From Candidatus Aminicenantes bacterium (lineage in GTDB: Bacteria > Acidobacteriota > Aminicenantia > S016-38), in contig JALVRF010000127.1 of assembly GCA_027025175.1 (NCBI GenBank), positions 16,140-80,139 of the forward strand: a stretch of 64,000 bases of DNA. Direction: 5' to 3'. Made by a program: the position numbers and the translations under genes. Each line of letters begins with the position of its first letter. The first letter of the stretch is position 1. Below the pieces are notes generated by a model. The model searched no databases. It saw only the letters and a program-made list of their open reading frames with translations, and was not told where the DNA came from. Positions 46,949 through 55,554 of the stretch are shown in pieces.

Positions 46949-47893
46949 TTACCTGGGGCTCTCCTGGATATCAAGAACCAGTGCCTCCAGCACCAGTTGA
47001 AAACCGAGAATAAGGGGAAGGACAGAAAGCATAACCGTTCCAGTGCTGGCAGGTACGCCGGTCCTCACGCTTTTTATCCAGTGGTATATACCGAAGAAAA
47101 ACCCCCAGGCCAGCAGAAGAAATCCCAGGAAGAGAAAAAGGGCAATGGGGGAAAAATCCCTCAGGACATATTTCTGGTAAACCCTGTAAAGAAATCTCTT
47201 CAGGAGCAACCAGGGGAAGGTTAACATTATGGACGAAATTTTTATGCCTGACTCCTCCTCACCGTAAATGGTGGGGATGGGAACATCTTTAACTCTATAG
47301 CGGAAAATGTTGAGGTTCACCAGCATGTCGTTTTCGAAGAAATAACCATTGTGAATTCTTTCCAGGGGAAGGGCTTTCAGGGCCCTGGAGGTTATGGCAG
47401 TAAAACCGTTCTGGGGATCAAATATGTGCCAGTAGCCTGAGGCGAGTTTAGTGAGGAAGGTAAGGATAATATTGCCCACAAGCCTTATGAAGGGCATTTT
47501 TTTAAGACTCCCCCCTTCCAGGAATCTATTCCCCTTGGCGTAGTCATATCCTTCCTTCACAATGGCCTCAAGTAGGTTGATCAGCCTATTCAGGGGCATC
47601 TGACCGTCTCCATCAACCTTGACCACGATATTGGCCCCCAATTCCATGGCCCTTTTATATCCCCTTTTTGTGGCCCCTCCCACCCCCAGGTTTTTCTCGT
47701 TTCTCAAAAGAATAACCCTGGGATCTCCCACAGCAGTGGCCTCGTGGGATGTCCCATCGGTGCTGGCATCATCCACCACTATAATAAAGTCCACGAATTC
47801 CGGCACATCCTTTATGACCCCACCTATAAATTTCTCCTCATTATGGGCGGGGATAACCACTGCTATTCTTCTCCCCTCAAACATCAAACCCAT
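46949..47893 (-). CDS. Family 2 glycosyltransferase (Dpm1/GtrB-like) with C-terminal TM segments
   Basis: VVIPAHNEE, VVDDASTDGT, DGDGQ. Confidence 0.8.
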   Translation of the reverse strand: MGLMFEGRRIAVVIPAHNEEKFIGGVIKDVPEFVDFIIVVDDASTDGTSHEATAVGDPRVILLRNEKNLGVGGATKRGYKRAMELGANIVVKVDGDGQMPLNRLINLLEAIVKEGYDYAKGNRFLEGGSLKKMPFIRLVGNIILTFLTKLASGYWHIFDPQNGFTAITSRALKALPLERIHNGYFFENDMLVNLNIFRYRVKDVPIPTIYGEEESGIKISSIMLTFPWLLLKRFLYRVYQKYVLRDFSPIALFLFLGFLLLAWGFFFGIYHWIKSVRTGVPASTGTVMLSVLPLILGFQLVLEALVLDIQESPR

Positions 47894-47900
47894 TTTAACC

Positions 47901-47929
47901 GTTTTTTATCAGAGGTTTCAACTCGTTTA
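47901..47929 (+). promoter_or_regulatory. Sigma70-like promoter TTATCA-N17-TATAAT for the porin-like gene (leadered, SD AAGGAGGTGG)
   Basis: TATAAT at 47924..47929; 29-nt leader. Confidence 0.35.
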
Positions 47930-47958
47930 TAATATTTTCCAGAGACAAAGGAGGTGGT

Positions 47959-48948
47959 ATGAAAAGAGTAAAATTCCTCTCAACCCTGTTCCTGATATTG
48001 GCAATCTCCTATCCTGCCCTTGCCGGCAGGGGGAAAATATCGGGTCTGGTTTACTCGGATTATTACTATTTTCTCTCGAATCACCAGAAAGCATTGGAGG
48101 GGATGAACGGGTTCTGGTTCAGGAGGATTTACTTCACTTACGATTACAGATTAAACAAAAGGTTCTCGTTAAGAATAAGAACAGAAGCCGCCAGTTCCGG
48201 GAATTTTCTAAGGGAGAAAATAACTCCATTCATAAAGGATCTTTACCTGAGGTGGGATTTTTCCGGCCAGAGCCTTTTCGCAGGAATTTCCCCCACTCCC
48301 ACCATCAACATGGTGGAAAAGGTATGGGGATACCGCTCTGTGGAAAAAACTCCCCTGGACCTCTACAAAATGGCACCTTCCAGGGATACAGGGATAGCCC
48401 TTAGGGGAAAATTTCTCCGCGGAAGGTTTTATTATCACCTGATGCTGGCTAACGGCGAGGGGAACAAGTCTGAGGATAAAAGGCAAAAGAAGATATACGG
48501 AGCCCTGGGCCTTTATCCGGCCAAGGGGCTCTACATTGAGGTTTACGGTGACTATGCTAAGGGTTCTGTTCCTGAAGGGGACATAACCACTCTCCAGGGA
48601 TTTTTCAGTTATTCTTTTTCCAGAGGAGCCTTAGGATTCCTCTACGCCAGGCAGAACTACGGGGATGGAACCTACATAAGGGTGGCCTCCGGGTTCGTGA
48701 GGTTTAACCTCAACAGAAAACTCACTTTCTTAACAAGAACCGATAGGGTTATGGACCCTGTGCCCGACGCCTACAGGATTGCCTACCTGCCCCTGGATAA
48801 TACCACCCCATTTACCTTCTTTTTAATGGGTTTGGACTGGAAGATAACGGGAAACATAAGTCTTATTCCCAACTTGGAAATGGTGAACTATGACCAGGGA
48901 TCTGATAAGGACCTTATAGGAAGGTTAACCCTTTACTACAGGTGGTAA
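47959..48948 (+). CDS. Putative outer-membrane porin-like beta-barrel
   Basis: Signal peptide, alternating aromatic strands, C-terminal LTLYYRW. TATAAT-type promoter at 47924 and an AAGGAGGTGG RBS. Confidence 0.5.
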   Translation: MKRVKFLSTLFLILAISYPALAGRGKISGLVYSDYYYFLSNHQKALEGMNGFWFRRIYFTYDYRLNKRFSLRIRTEAASSGNFLREKITPFIKDLYLRWDFSGQSLFAGISPTPTINMVEKVWGYRSVEKTPLDLYKMAPSRDTGIALRGKFLRGRFYYHLMLANGEGNKSEDKRQKKIYGALGLYPAKGLYIEVYGDYAKGSVPEGDITTLQGFFSYSFSRGALGFLYARQNYGDGTYIRVASGFVRFNLNRKLTFLTRTDRVMDPVPDAYRIAYLPLDNTTPFTFFLMGLDWKITGNISLIPNLEMVNYDQGSDKDLIGRLTLYYRW

Positions 48949-48964
48949 AAGGAAGGCTTTTAAA

Positions 48965-49606
48965 TCAATAGGGTTTTCTGGCCAGAATTCCCACAAATCC
49001 TCCCTTATCATGTCCCGGGAGGGGAACCTCCAGCCTTTCCACCTGGCCCGGAGGATAGAGAAGGATCTGGGCGGTCTTCTCTATTATAAAACCGATTTCC
49101 CCGAGCATTCCCTTCACCTCCCCGTAAGAGAAGAACCGGGCCACTTTGTAAAAGGGGGAATCCTTGCCCATATAATATTTACCCCAGGGGGAATCTCTCT
49201 CCACAAAGCCCATGACTAACTCTCCCCCGGGATAAAGAACCCGGGAAATCTCCCTGAGGGCCCGGATGGGCTCTTCCAGGAAGCAAAGGGTGATGGCCAG
49301 AAGGACGGAAGCCATGGATGCGGAAAGGAAGGGAAGGCTTTCTCCCATGCCAACCACCGTTTTGACCCCCCTTTCCCTGGCTAAGATTAGCATAGGAAGG
49401 GAGGGGTCCAGACCGAAGTTAATCTTCAACGGGTGAGCAAACCTTCCGGTGCCAACCCCTATTTCAACGGAAGGGGATGGAAAGGAGGAGAGGGAAGAAA
49501 AAAGTTTGAGTTCCGAAAGGTAAGTGTATCTGTGTTTTTCGTACCAGAGGTCATATTTTTGGGCCCTCAGGGAGAAAACTTCAACCCTGGGCCTTGAGGA
49601 TGACAT
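48965..49606 (-). CDS. Class I SAM-dependent methyltransferase
   Basis: VEIGVGTGRF motif I. Start trimmed to the ATG at 49606, still overlapping the rpsT 3' end by 26 nt. Confidence 0.6.
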   Translation of the reverse strand: MSSSRPRVEVFSLRAQKYDLWYEKHRYTYLSELKLFSSLSSFPSPSVEIGVGTGRFAHPLKINFGLDPSLPMLILARERGVKTVVGMGESLPFLSASMASVLLAITLCFLEEPIRALREISRVLYPGGELVMGFVERDSPWGKYYMGKDSPFYKVARFFSYGEVKGMLGEIGFIIEKTAQILLYPPGQVERLEVPLPGHDKGGFVGILARKPY

Positions 49607-49856
49607 TAAGTTTTTTGGTGAGGCGGGATTTATAACGACTCCCTTTGTTGTCGTGGAAAACTCCCTTCTTAATAGCCCGGTCAATTTCGCTCATAACCTT
49701 AGGATAGAGTTTAAGGGCAGTTTCCTTATCCCCTGCCTCTATAGCCTTGCGAAGTTTCTTTATGAAGGTCCTGGTCCTGGACTTTATGGCCTTATTCCTG
49801 GCCCTTCTTCTGAGATTAATTCTTAATTGTCTTTTAGCGGACTGAGTATTGGGCAT
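49581..49856 (-). CDS. rpsT: 30S ribosomal protein S20
   Basis: MPNTQSAKRQLRINLRRRARNKAIKSRTRT... is typical S20. Confidence 0.85.
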   Translation of the reverse strand: MPNTQSAKRQLRINLRRRARNKAIKSRTRTFIKKLRKAIEAGDKETALKLYPKVMSEIDRAIKKGVFHDNKGSRYKSRLTKKLNVILKAQG

Positions 49857-49877
49857 TGCACTACCTCCAGATCTTAT

Positions 49878-49905
49878 ATTTTACATTTTTAAAGTTTTTT
49901 GTCAA
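49878..49905 (-). promoter_or_regulatory. rpsT promoter: TTGACA-N16-TAAAAT, about 21-nt leader with a GGAGGT SD
   Basis: Minus strand reads TTGACAaaaaactttaaaaatgTAAAATataagatctGGAGGTagtgcaATG. Confidence 0.5.
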
Positions 49906-49915
49906 TATTTTTCTC

Positions 49916-50686
49916 ATGAGAAAGGTCCTGCTCTGGATAATAGCCTTTATATTCACGATAGCCCTGGCGGCTTATCAGAGAATCACGGGCCCCACATATC
50001 CTAAACATGTCAAAATTGACGGGAAAACTTACAGGCTGCCCAGAAGCGGAACCTCGGGCCAGGACGCCTGTATTAAACTTCCCTACACAGGGAAGATTCT
50101 TTATCGCCATCACGGAACCAGGGAAAAACTTAAGGAAATTCCCCTTAAAATGGAGGGCAAATGGGCTAAGGGGTGTCTCCCCACAGAGCCCCCTGCGGGC
50201 AAACTGGACTACGAAGTGGTTCTCAACATGGGGGGAAAGCAGGTTCCCATTACGAAGAATATGGTTACCATAAGATTTAAAGGAAGGGTGCCACCCCTGG
50301 TCCTTATTCTTCACATTCTCGTCATCTTTTCAGCCATGCTCCTTGCCACAAGAACCATGCTTGCGGCCCTCTATCGTGAGCCCCTCAGGGGTTACGTATT
50401 ATGGACCTTTTACTTCTTTTTAGCAGGGGCCTTCCTCCTGGGTCCCATAGTCCAGAAATTCGCCTTCGGTGTCTTCTGGAGCGGTTTTCCCTTTGGAATT
50501 GACTTGACGGACAACAAATCCCTGATAGCTCTCCTGGCCTGGCTTTACCCGTACATAAAGGCCCTGAAGGGTAAGGTAACGAGAAAATCCGTCTTCGTTG
50601 CCTGGGCAATTATGCTCATTATTTTCCTAATCCCCCATAGCCTTCTGGGTTCCGAACTCAAGTATACGAATTCTTCCCAGGGCTGA
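49916..50686 (+). CDS. Membrane protein of unknown function
   Basis: Start trimmed to MRKVLLWIIAFIF. Plus-strand TTTACA-N17-CAATAT ends 7 nt before the ATG. Confidence 0.45.
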   Translation: MRKVLLWIIAFIFTIALAAYQRITGPTYPKHVKIDGKTYRLPRSGTSGQDACIKLPYTGKILYRHHGTREKLKEIPLKMEGKWAKGCLPTEPPAGKLDYEVVLNMGGKQVPITKNMVTIRFKGRVPPLVLILHILVIFSAMLLATRTMLAALYREPLRGYVLWTFYFFLAGAFLLGPIVQKFAFGVFWSGFPFGIDLTDNKSLIALLAWLYPYIKALKGKVTRKSVFVAWAIMLIIFLIPHSLLGSELKYTNSSQG

Positions 50687-51010
50687 AACTGCGAATCTCC
50701 ACTTCCTTCTTCCACAGGTCAAATAAACCGAACCCGCTGGGGTCACGAAGCCGGAAGGATGAAAAATTATACGGGAACACCTGAGTTTGCATAATCTAAG
50801 ATGAACTTCCTCTACGGTAAAAAGCGAATTTTCCCTACAGCTTACCCTTATCTTTTCCCCTCTGAATATTGAAGCCCACCTGGCCCTTACTAGGGCATGA
50901 AATACGGCATCCTTTTCCCAGGAAAAACCCGAGGCCGGGATGGTCAGATAAATAACCATGCCAAGAATTAATAGGGCAACCATAAGCTCCAGGAGGCTGT
51001 ACCCCCTCAT
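50627..51010 (-). CDS. Pseudopilin/minor pilin with prepilin N-terminal methylation motif (GspH-like)
   Basis: MRGYSLLELMVALLILGMVI. The ATG overlaps the upstream gene stop (ATGA). Confidence 0.55.
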   Translation of the reverse strand: MRGYSLLELMVALLILGMVIYLTIPASGFSWEKDAVFHALVRARWASIFRGEKIRVSCRENSLFTVEEVHLRLCKLRCSRIIFHPSGFVTPAGSVYLTCGRRKWRFAVSALGRIRILEFGTQKAMGD

Positions 51011-51846
51011 AATTCCACCTCCACTTTTTTCCTTTCCCTGTGGCAAAAACGGTAGGAGAAGTAAAAAATCCTGGGGAGCTCCTCAATGACCAGGCTCTTT
51101 TTTATGTGGAGCCACTTTCCCCTGGCGTCCATGGCCTGAATGGATCCCCTGAAGGTCCCCTTCCCTCTGAAAACAATGCTCTTGGCCAGAAGTTCCCCTT
51201 GGAGAAAATTCCCTTCCACTATTATTCTTGAACTGTAATCGCCTCCCTTCAAAAAACCCTCGCCCCCTGAGACAATCACCTTAAAACCTCCCCGGGCTTT
51301 AACTAAGACCTTTCCTGCGCAGAGAAGATACAAATTGCCTCTCCCTTCCACCAGGCAATCCCCGTCGGCTATAACTGGAAGTTTCTTATGGGGCATTCCG
51401 TTAATTATAAGTTTCCTTCCGGTTTTTATTCTCACCGAAAAGGGAAAATAAAGGGCTTCCCTCTTTCCCTTTAGAACGAAATATCCATCCCTATCCTCCA
51501 CTAAGAATTTGCCGAGAAATCCCAGGAGTTCTTCCCTGGTGGGAAACTCCCTCAGACGAAGGTCAGGAAACATGCTGAGGGGAACCTCACCCTTTGCGTA
51601 AATTTCCCTTTCCATAATGACGAAATTCCCCTTTTTCTTCAGTTTCATCACCGTTTTCTTCTGAAAATTCCCCCATTCCTCCCTTTGTGCCTGAAAAATA
51701 ATTCTATCCACCCCATTTTTCCTTATAACCTGCTTTAAGGCTTCCCGACTGGATGAAAGCATTCCGAAAGAAACAATACCAATTAGAAGAGCCGTAGCCG
51801 CAAGGAGAATAAGGGTGATTACCATTAGATAGGCACTGCCCCTCAT
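51007..51846 (-). CDS. Pseudopilin-like protein (GspK/PilX-like, larger minor pilin)
   Basis: N-terminal hydrophobic helix MRGSAYLMVITLILLAATALLIG; 279 aa. Confidence 0.45.
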   Translation of the reverse strand: MRGSAYLMVITLILLAATALLIGIVSFGMLSSSREALKQVIRKNGVDRIIFQAQREEWGNFQKKTVMKLKKKGNFVIMEREIYAKGEVPLSMFPDLRLREFPTREELLGFLGKFLVEDRDGYFVLKGKREALYFPFSVRIKTGRKLIINGMPHKKLPVIADGDCLVEGRGNLYLLCAGKVLVKARGGFKVIVSGGEGFLKGGDYSSRIIVEGNFLQGELLAKSIVFRGKGTFRGSIQAMDARGKWLHIKKSLVIEELPRIFYFSYRFCHRERKKVEVEL

Positions 51847-52346
51847 TTGAGCCTCCTTATAACCTCTTCCCCATTAACTCTCACTTTAACTTCATCCCCT
51901 CGCCTTTCAAGTGAAAAGGAAATTATTCCGGAGGCCATGGGTTGTGACCTATTTCCCACCTTCATATACAGGGTATCCCCCCTCAAAAATACCCTTTTCC
52001 TCCTCAGGAAAAGGACCATTCCCCAGGAAGGACATTGTCCCGAGATCTTATTCTCGTAAAAGACCAGACTGGTTCTTCTTCCCATAAGAAGCCGGCAAAC
52101 CCCATCCTGACTGAATCCCACTCCCACCGCCCTGTAATAGAAATCATCTTTTAAATAAACTGCTCTGCTCACATCGTCCCCTATACGGGAGGCCAGAAGA
52201 AAGGGGGCGGACCGCTCCTGGAACTCCTCCATTTTCCTGAGAACTCTGGCCCCTGCGAGAAAGAGATGGCCCACTCCCATGGCTATTATCAGGGTAAGCA
52301 GAAGGGAGACCATGGCCTCAACGAGGGAAAATCCTGATTCTTTCAT
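51843..52346 (-). CDS. Pseudopilin (GspJ/PilW-like)
   Basis: GFSLVEAMVSLLLTLIIAMG prepilin motif. Confidence 0.55.
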   Translation of the reverse strand: MKESGFSLVEAMVSLLLTLIIAMGVGHLFLAGARVLRKMEEFQERSAPFLLASRIGDDVSRAVYLKDDFYYRAVGVGFSQDGVCRLLMGRRTSLVFYENKISGQCPSWGMVLFLRRKRVFLRGDTLYMKVGNRSQPMASGIISFSLERRGDEVKVRVNGEEVIRRLK

Positions 52347-52608
52347 CTTCCTCCTCCCTTTTGAGTTTTATTTCCCTTCTGTCCTTTTTAAGAATCACGG
52401 TATTCCCTCTTTTTTCCCATTTAACCTCCTTAAATTTCCCCCTTTCCCTGATCTGCGATCTTATGGCTGCCTCCCTGAAGGCAAAATTGTTCGCTGCCCT
52501 CCTCATGTTTAAAACCGAAGAAAGGGCCACCTGAAGGAAAAGCAGGGATACCAGGGCCCAGATAACCATGGAAACCAAAACTTCCAGATAGGAAAAACCC
52601 TTTTTCAT
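52318..52608 (-). CDS. Pseudopilin (GspI-like)
   Basis: KKGFSYLEVLVSMVIWALV prepilin motif; 96 aa. Confidence 0.55.
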   Translation of the reverse strand: MKKGFSYLEVLVSMVIWALVSLLFLQVALSSVLNMRRAANNFAFREAAIRSQIRERGKFKEVKWEKRGNTVILKKDRREIKLKREEEDERIRIFPR

Positions 52609-52631
52609 GTTTCACCTCCTTTTGATATAAG

Positions 52632-52653
52632 GCCCCCGGCAGGGGCCGGGGGC
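52632..52653 (-). terminator. GC-rich hairpin (GCCCCCGGC-AGGG-GCCGGGGGC) 8 nt after the comEA stop
   Basis: Perfect 9-bp G/C stem. On the minus-strand RNA the downstream tract is CUUAUAUC, only weakly U-rich, so it may be a partial terminator or RNA-stability element ahead of the pseudopilin operon SD. Confidence 0.45.
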
Positions 52654-52660
52654 ACTTGCC

Positions 52661-52948
52661 TTACCTGACGGTTATGAGTCTCCTTATCCTCTGGAAAGTC
52701 TTTTCCCCTATGCCCTTCACCTTCATGATGTCTTCAATCCTCTTGAATCCACCCAGTCTCTTTCTGGTCTCTACTATCCTCTTTGCCTTCTTGGACCCTA
52801 TGCCTGGAAGTTTAACCAGTTGCGCTTCTGTAGCAGTGTTGATGTTGATGACAAGATGCTGAGGACTTGCCTTGGCCTTGGCAGCCATCAGGGGATGAAC
52901 CCCCAGTGCCAGGAAAACCATTGCGATAACCGTTAAAGTCTTTCTCAT
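52661..52948 (-). CDS. comEA: ComEA-family helix-hairpin-helix DNA-binding protein
   Basis: Signal peptide; INTATEAQLVKLPGIGSKKAKRIV...IMKVKGIGEKTFQRI tandem HhH. Confidence 0.8.
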   Translation of the reverse strand: MRKTLTVIAMVFLALGVHPLMAAKAKASPQHLVININTATEAQLVKLPGIGSKKAKRIVETRKRLGGFKRIEDIMKVKGIGEKTFQRIRRLITVR

Positions 52949-53037
52949 GGCGACCTCCTTTTTGTTTATTTCGCCTTTTAAAATGCGAAAAAGGTTCCGA
53001 ATTTCTGAGGCTAAAAAAGAGGAAAGATTTCTCGGAG

Positions 53038-53077
53038 TGTAAACCCCTGTTTACATGGGAGTGGGTGTAGTGTAAAC
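53038..53077 (+). promoter_or_regulatory. Operator-like palindrome TGTAAAC-N4-GTTTACA plus a third GTGTAAAC copy upstream of murB
   Basis: 53038..53055 is an inverted repeat. GTGTAAAC repeats at 53070..53077, 11 nt before the murB ATG. Confidence 0.35.
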
Positions 53078-53087
53078 TTTTTCTGAC

Positions 53088-53936
53088 ATGAAGAGATTTG
53101 AGAACCTGCCCCTCAGCAAATTTTCCCGTTTCCGGATCGGAGGGCCTGCCAGGGAAATAATAATCGCTGAAAATCGCAATGAGGTTCTTGAGGCCATGGA
53201 GGGAAATTTTTCCGTTTTCGGTGGGGGAACCAATGTCCTTTTCCCGGATGAGGGATTGGATAAAAGGGTTATCTTCTTTCAGGGGGGCGAATTCCATGTA
53301 GACGGGGAATGGATAATCTCAGACGCAGGGGTTGCCCTGGAGAAAATAATCGAGGCTTCCTTGAGGGAAGAACTCGCCGGGATTGAGAACCTGGCGGGAA
53401 TTCCCGGGACCCTAGGAGGGGCCATTTACGGGAATGCAGGAGCCTTTGGCTCTGAGATTGGCCCCCTGGTGAGGGAGGTGGAAGTGTGGAAGGAAGGGAG
53501 GGTCCATAGGATTAATAAACCCCAGTTCGGCTACAGAGACTCGATTTTCAAGAGGCAGGGAGGAATAATTCTCAGGGCGTGGCTGAAACTAAAAAGGGGA
53601 ACGGGAAGGGAAAGGAAAATAGCAGAGGAGAGGCTAAGGATAAGGGCCCGCAAGCATCCATCCTCGCAGGTTGCCTGTGCAGGAAGTTTTTTCAAAAACA
53701 TTCTTATGCCCGATGGCAGGAAAATTCCCGCAGGAAGGCTTCTGGAAGAGGTGGGGGCCAAGGGATTAAGGGTGGGCGGAGCAGGGGTATTTGAAAAACA
53801 CGCCAACTTCATCGTAAACACGGGAGGAGCCACGGCCAAGGATGTTATTCGCCTTTCTGAAATTTTAAAGGAAAGGGTAAGGGAAAAATTCGGCATAACC
53901 CTGCAGGAGGAGGTAATAATTGTTGAAGACCCTTAG
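53088..53936 (+). CDS. murB: UDP-N-acetylenolpyruvoylglucosamine reductase
   Basis: FAD-binding RIGGPA, GGGTN, short type-II MurB architecture. Confidence 0.85.
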   Translation: MKRFENLPLSKFSRFRIGGPAREIIIAENRNEVLEAMEGNFSVFGGGTNVLFPDEGLDKRVIFFQGGEFHVDGEWIISDAGVALEKIIEASLREELAGIENLAGIPGTLGGAIYGNAGAFGSEIGPLVREVEVWKEGRVHRINKPQFGYRDSIFKRQGGIILRAWLKLKRGTGRERKIAEERLRIRARKHPSSQVACAGSFFKNILMPDGRKIPAGRLLEEVGAKGLRVGGAGVFEKHANFIVNTGGATAKDVIRLSEILKERVREKFGITLQEEVIIVEDP

Positions 53937-54558
53937 AGTTTCCACCTTCGCCCCTCCAGGGGTATTCCACGGTTTCGGTACCCGGGATTTCACCTTGAAG
54001 GAGTTTGATGAAGAATTCAGATCTTATGACATTCTCCAACTAAAACAGGTTCACTCAACGAAAATTCTAGTGGAAGAAGAAGGTGAAGGGGACGGCCTTA
54101 TTTCAAGGAAAAGAGGCACGATTCTTGTAATAAAAACCGCCGATTGTATGCCTATATTTTTGGCCCACAGAAAAGGGGAAGTAATAGCTGCACTGCACGG
54201 AGGCTGGAGGGGATTATGTAATGGAATAATTCCCGCTGCGGTGAAGATGCTCCGGGAAATGGGCTTTTCCCCCTCGGAGATGGAGGCCGCCTTGGGGCCT
54301 TCCATTGGCCCTTGCTGCTATGAGGTGGGGGAGGAGGTTTTTGAATGTTTCCGGCAAAACAATCTCCCTTTTCTTCGCAGGGAAAAGAAACTTGACCTTC
54401 CCACCACAGCAGAACTTCATCTCAAAGAATCGGGAATAGAAAAGGTCCATTCCCTCGCTCTCTGCACCCGATGCCATCCATGGCTTTTTTATTCATACCG
54501 CAGGGGTGACAGAAAGGTTCGCATGTTTTCTTACATAGGGCTTCTTGAGATAAAATAG
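53920..54558 (+). CDS. pgeF: Peptidoglycan editing factor PgeF (YfiH/DUF152 laccase-like)
   Basis: LKQVHSTKI, TADCMPI, ALHGGWRG, CTRCH. Confidence 0.8.
   Translation: MLKTLRVSTFAPPGVFHGFGTRDFTLKEFDEEFRSYDILQLKQVHSTKILVEEEGEGDGLISRKRGTILVIKTADCMPIFLAHRKGEVIAALHGGWRGLCNGIIPAAVKMLREMGFSPSEMEAALGPSIGPCCYEVGEEVFECFRQNNLPFLRREKKLDLPTTAELHLKESGIEKVHSLALCTRCHPWLFYSYRRGDRKVRMFSYIGLLEIK
54551..54556 (+). promoter_or_regulatory. -10 hexamer (TAAAAT) 6 nt upstream of the ATG at 54563, leaderless-type
   Basis: TAAAAT-aggact-ATG. Confidence 0.35.
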
Positions 54559-54562
54559 GACT

Positions 54563-54940
54563 ATGAAGAAGAGGGAAAAGTACGACCACGCGGTCCTTGA
54601 AAAAAGAATAAAAAGGGAAGAACTTGAAGAGAGGCTCCGGCACATCTTCTTTCCCAAGGAAAAACGGGAAATTTTCGTGGTCATCCGCTTTCGCCAGGAG
54701 GACTCCCCCTCCTTTAAAAAGGCACTGGAGTGGGCAAAAAACTGGGAAAAATACTGGTATGAGGGGGAAGAAAAATGGAGGTGGCATTATCTCAGGTTTG
54801 AGAAAAATCAGGCAAAACCCATGAAGGAATTTTTTGATATAGTTCAAAATGTGGAGGAGGTGGAAGTTCTCGTAGAGGGGAAAAGAATACCCTATGGAAG
54901 GGACCTCTGGCTTCCCCTTTTCTGGTTTTATCTTCACTGA
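54563..54940 (+). CDS. Hypothetical protein (125 aa, K/E/W-rich)
   Basis: Clean ORF with a leaderless-type promoter; no recognisable domain. Confidence 0.45.
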   Translation: MKKREKYDHAVLEKRIKREELEERLRHIFFPKEKREIFVVIRFRQEDSPSFKKALEWAKNWEKYWYEGEEKWRWHYLRFEKNQAKPMKEFFDIVQNVEEVEVLVEGKRIPYGRDLWLPLFWFYLH

Positions 54941-54951
54941 GGAGAATACCC

Positions 54952-55554
54952 ATGGACATGAAAAAAAAGAAAGGCAATGAGGAACTCCCGAGGGATCTGC
55001 GGGAATTGCTCCCTATTCTGGAAGCCAGATTTGAGGAATTGCAGAGGAAATTTGATAACTTTTTCCTGGGGCTCGAGAAACGTCCCCCTCTCAGGGAAAG
55101 GGACGATCTCCACAGAAGACTCCTGAAACTGGTGGACATAAAGGGTTACCAGTACAACTTCATCTATCGGGCAAAACAACTGATACTGAAATTTAACACC
55201 TATAACGCCATGTGGGAAAGAATGCTCCGCAGGCTGGAAGAGGGAGAGCCTCTGGAAAGGGTTAGAAGAATGGGGGCAGGTCTGAGAAGGGGCCGGGAAA
55301 AGAAACCGGAGGAGAAAAAGGAAAAGGATTGGCTGGAAGTTTCCTCCCCGGCTGAACTGGAAAAAAGTCTTGACCGCCTTTACGACTGGCTAAGAAGAGA
55401 AAGCGAAAAACGGGGAATGAATATCATGGACAGGGAGGCCTTCAAGAAAAAACTCCTGCCCCAACTCAGGGAAAAGGCCACAACCAATAAACTAAAGATG
55501 AAGGTAGACCTTTCCTCTGGTAAACCCAAGATAAAGATAAAGAAGGAAAAATGA
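54952..55554 (+). CDS. Hypothetical charged, probably coiled-coil protein (200 aa)
   Basis: SD-like GAGGAG upstream; its stop overlaps the kinase start (ATGA). Confidence 0.45.
   Translation: MDMKKKKGNEELPRDLRELLPILEARFEELQRKFDNFFLGLEKRPPLRERDDLHRRLLKLVDIKGYQYNFIYRAKQLILKFNTYNAMWERMLRRLEEGEPLERVRRMGAGLRRGREKKPEEKKEKDWLEVSSPAELEKSLDRLYDWLRRESEKRGMNIMDREAFKKKLLPQLREKATTNKLKMKVDLSSGKPKIKIKKEK

Noticed and set aside
47619-48404. 261-aa plus-strand ORF
   Set aside because: It overlaps the GT2 gene antisense and the porin-like gene out of frame. No start context.
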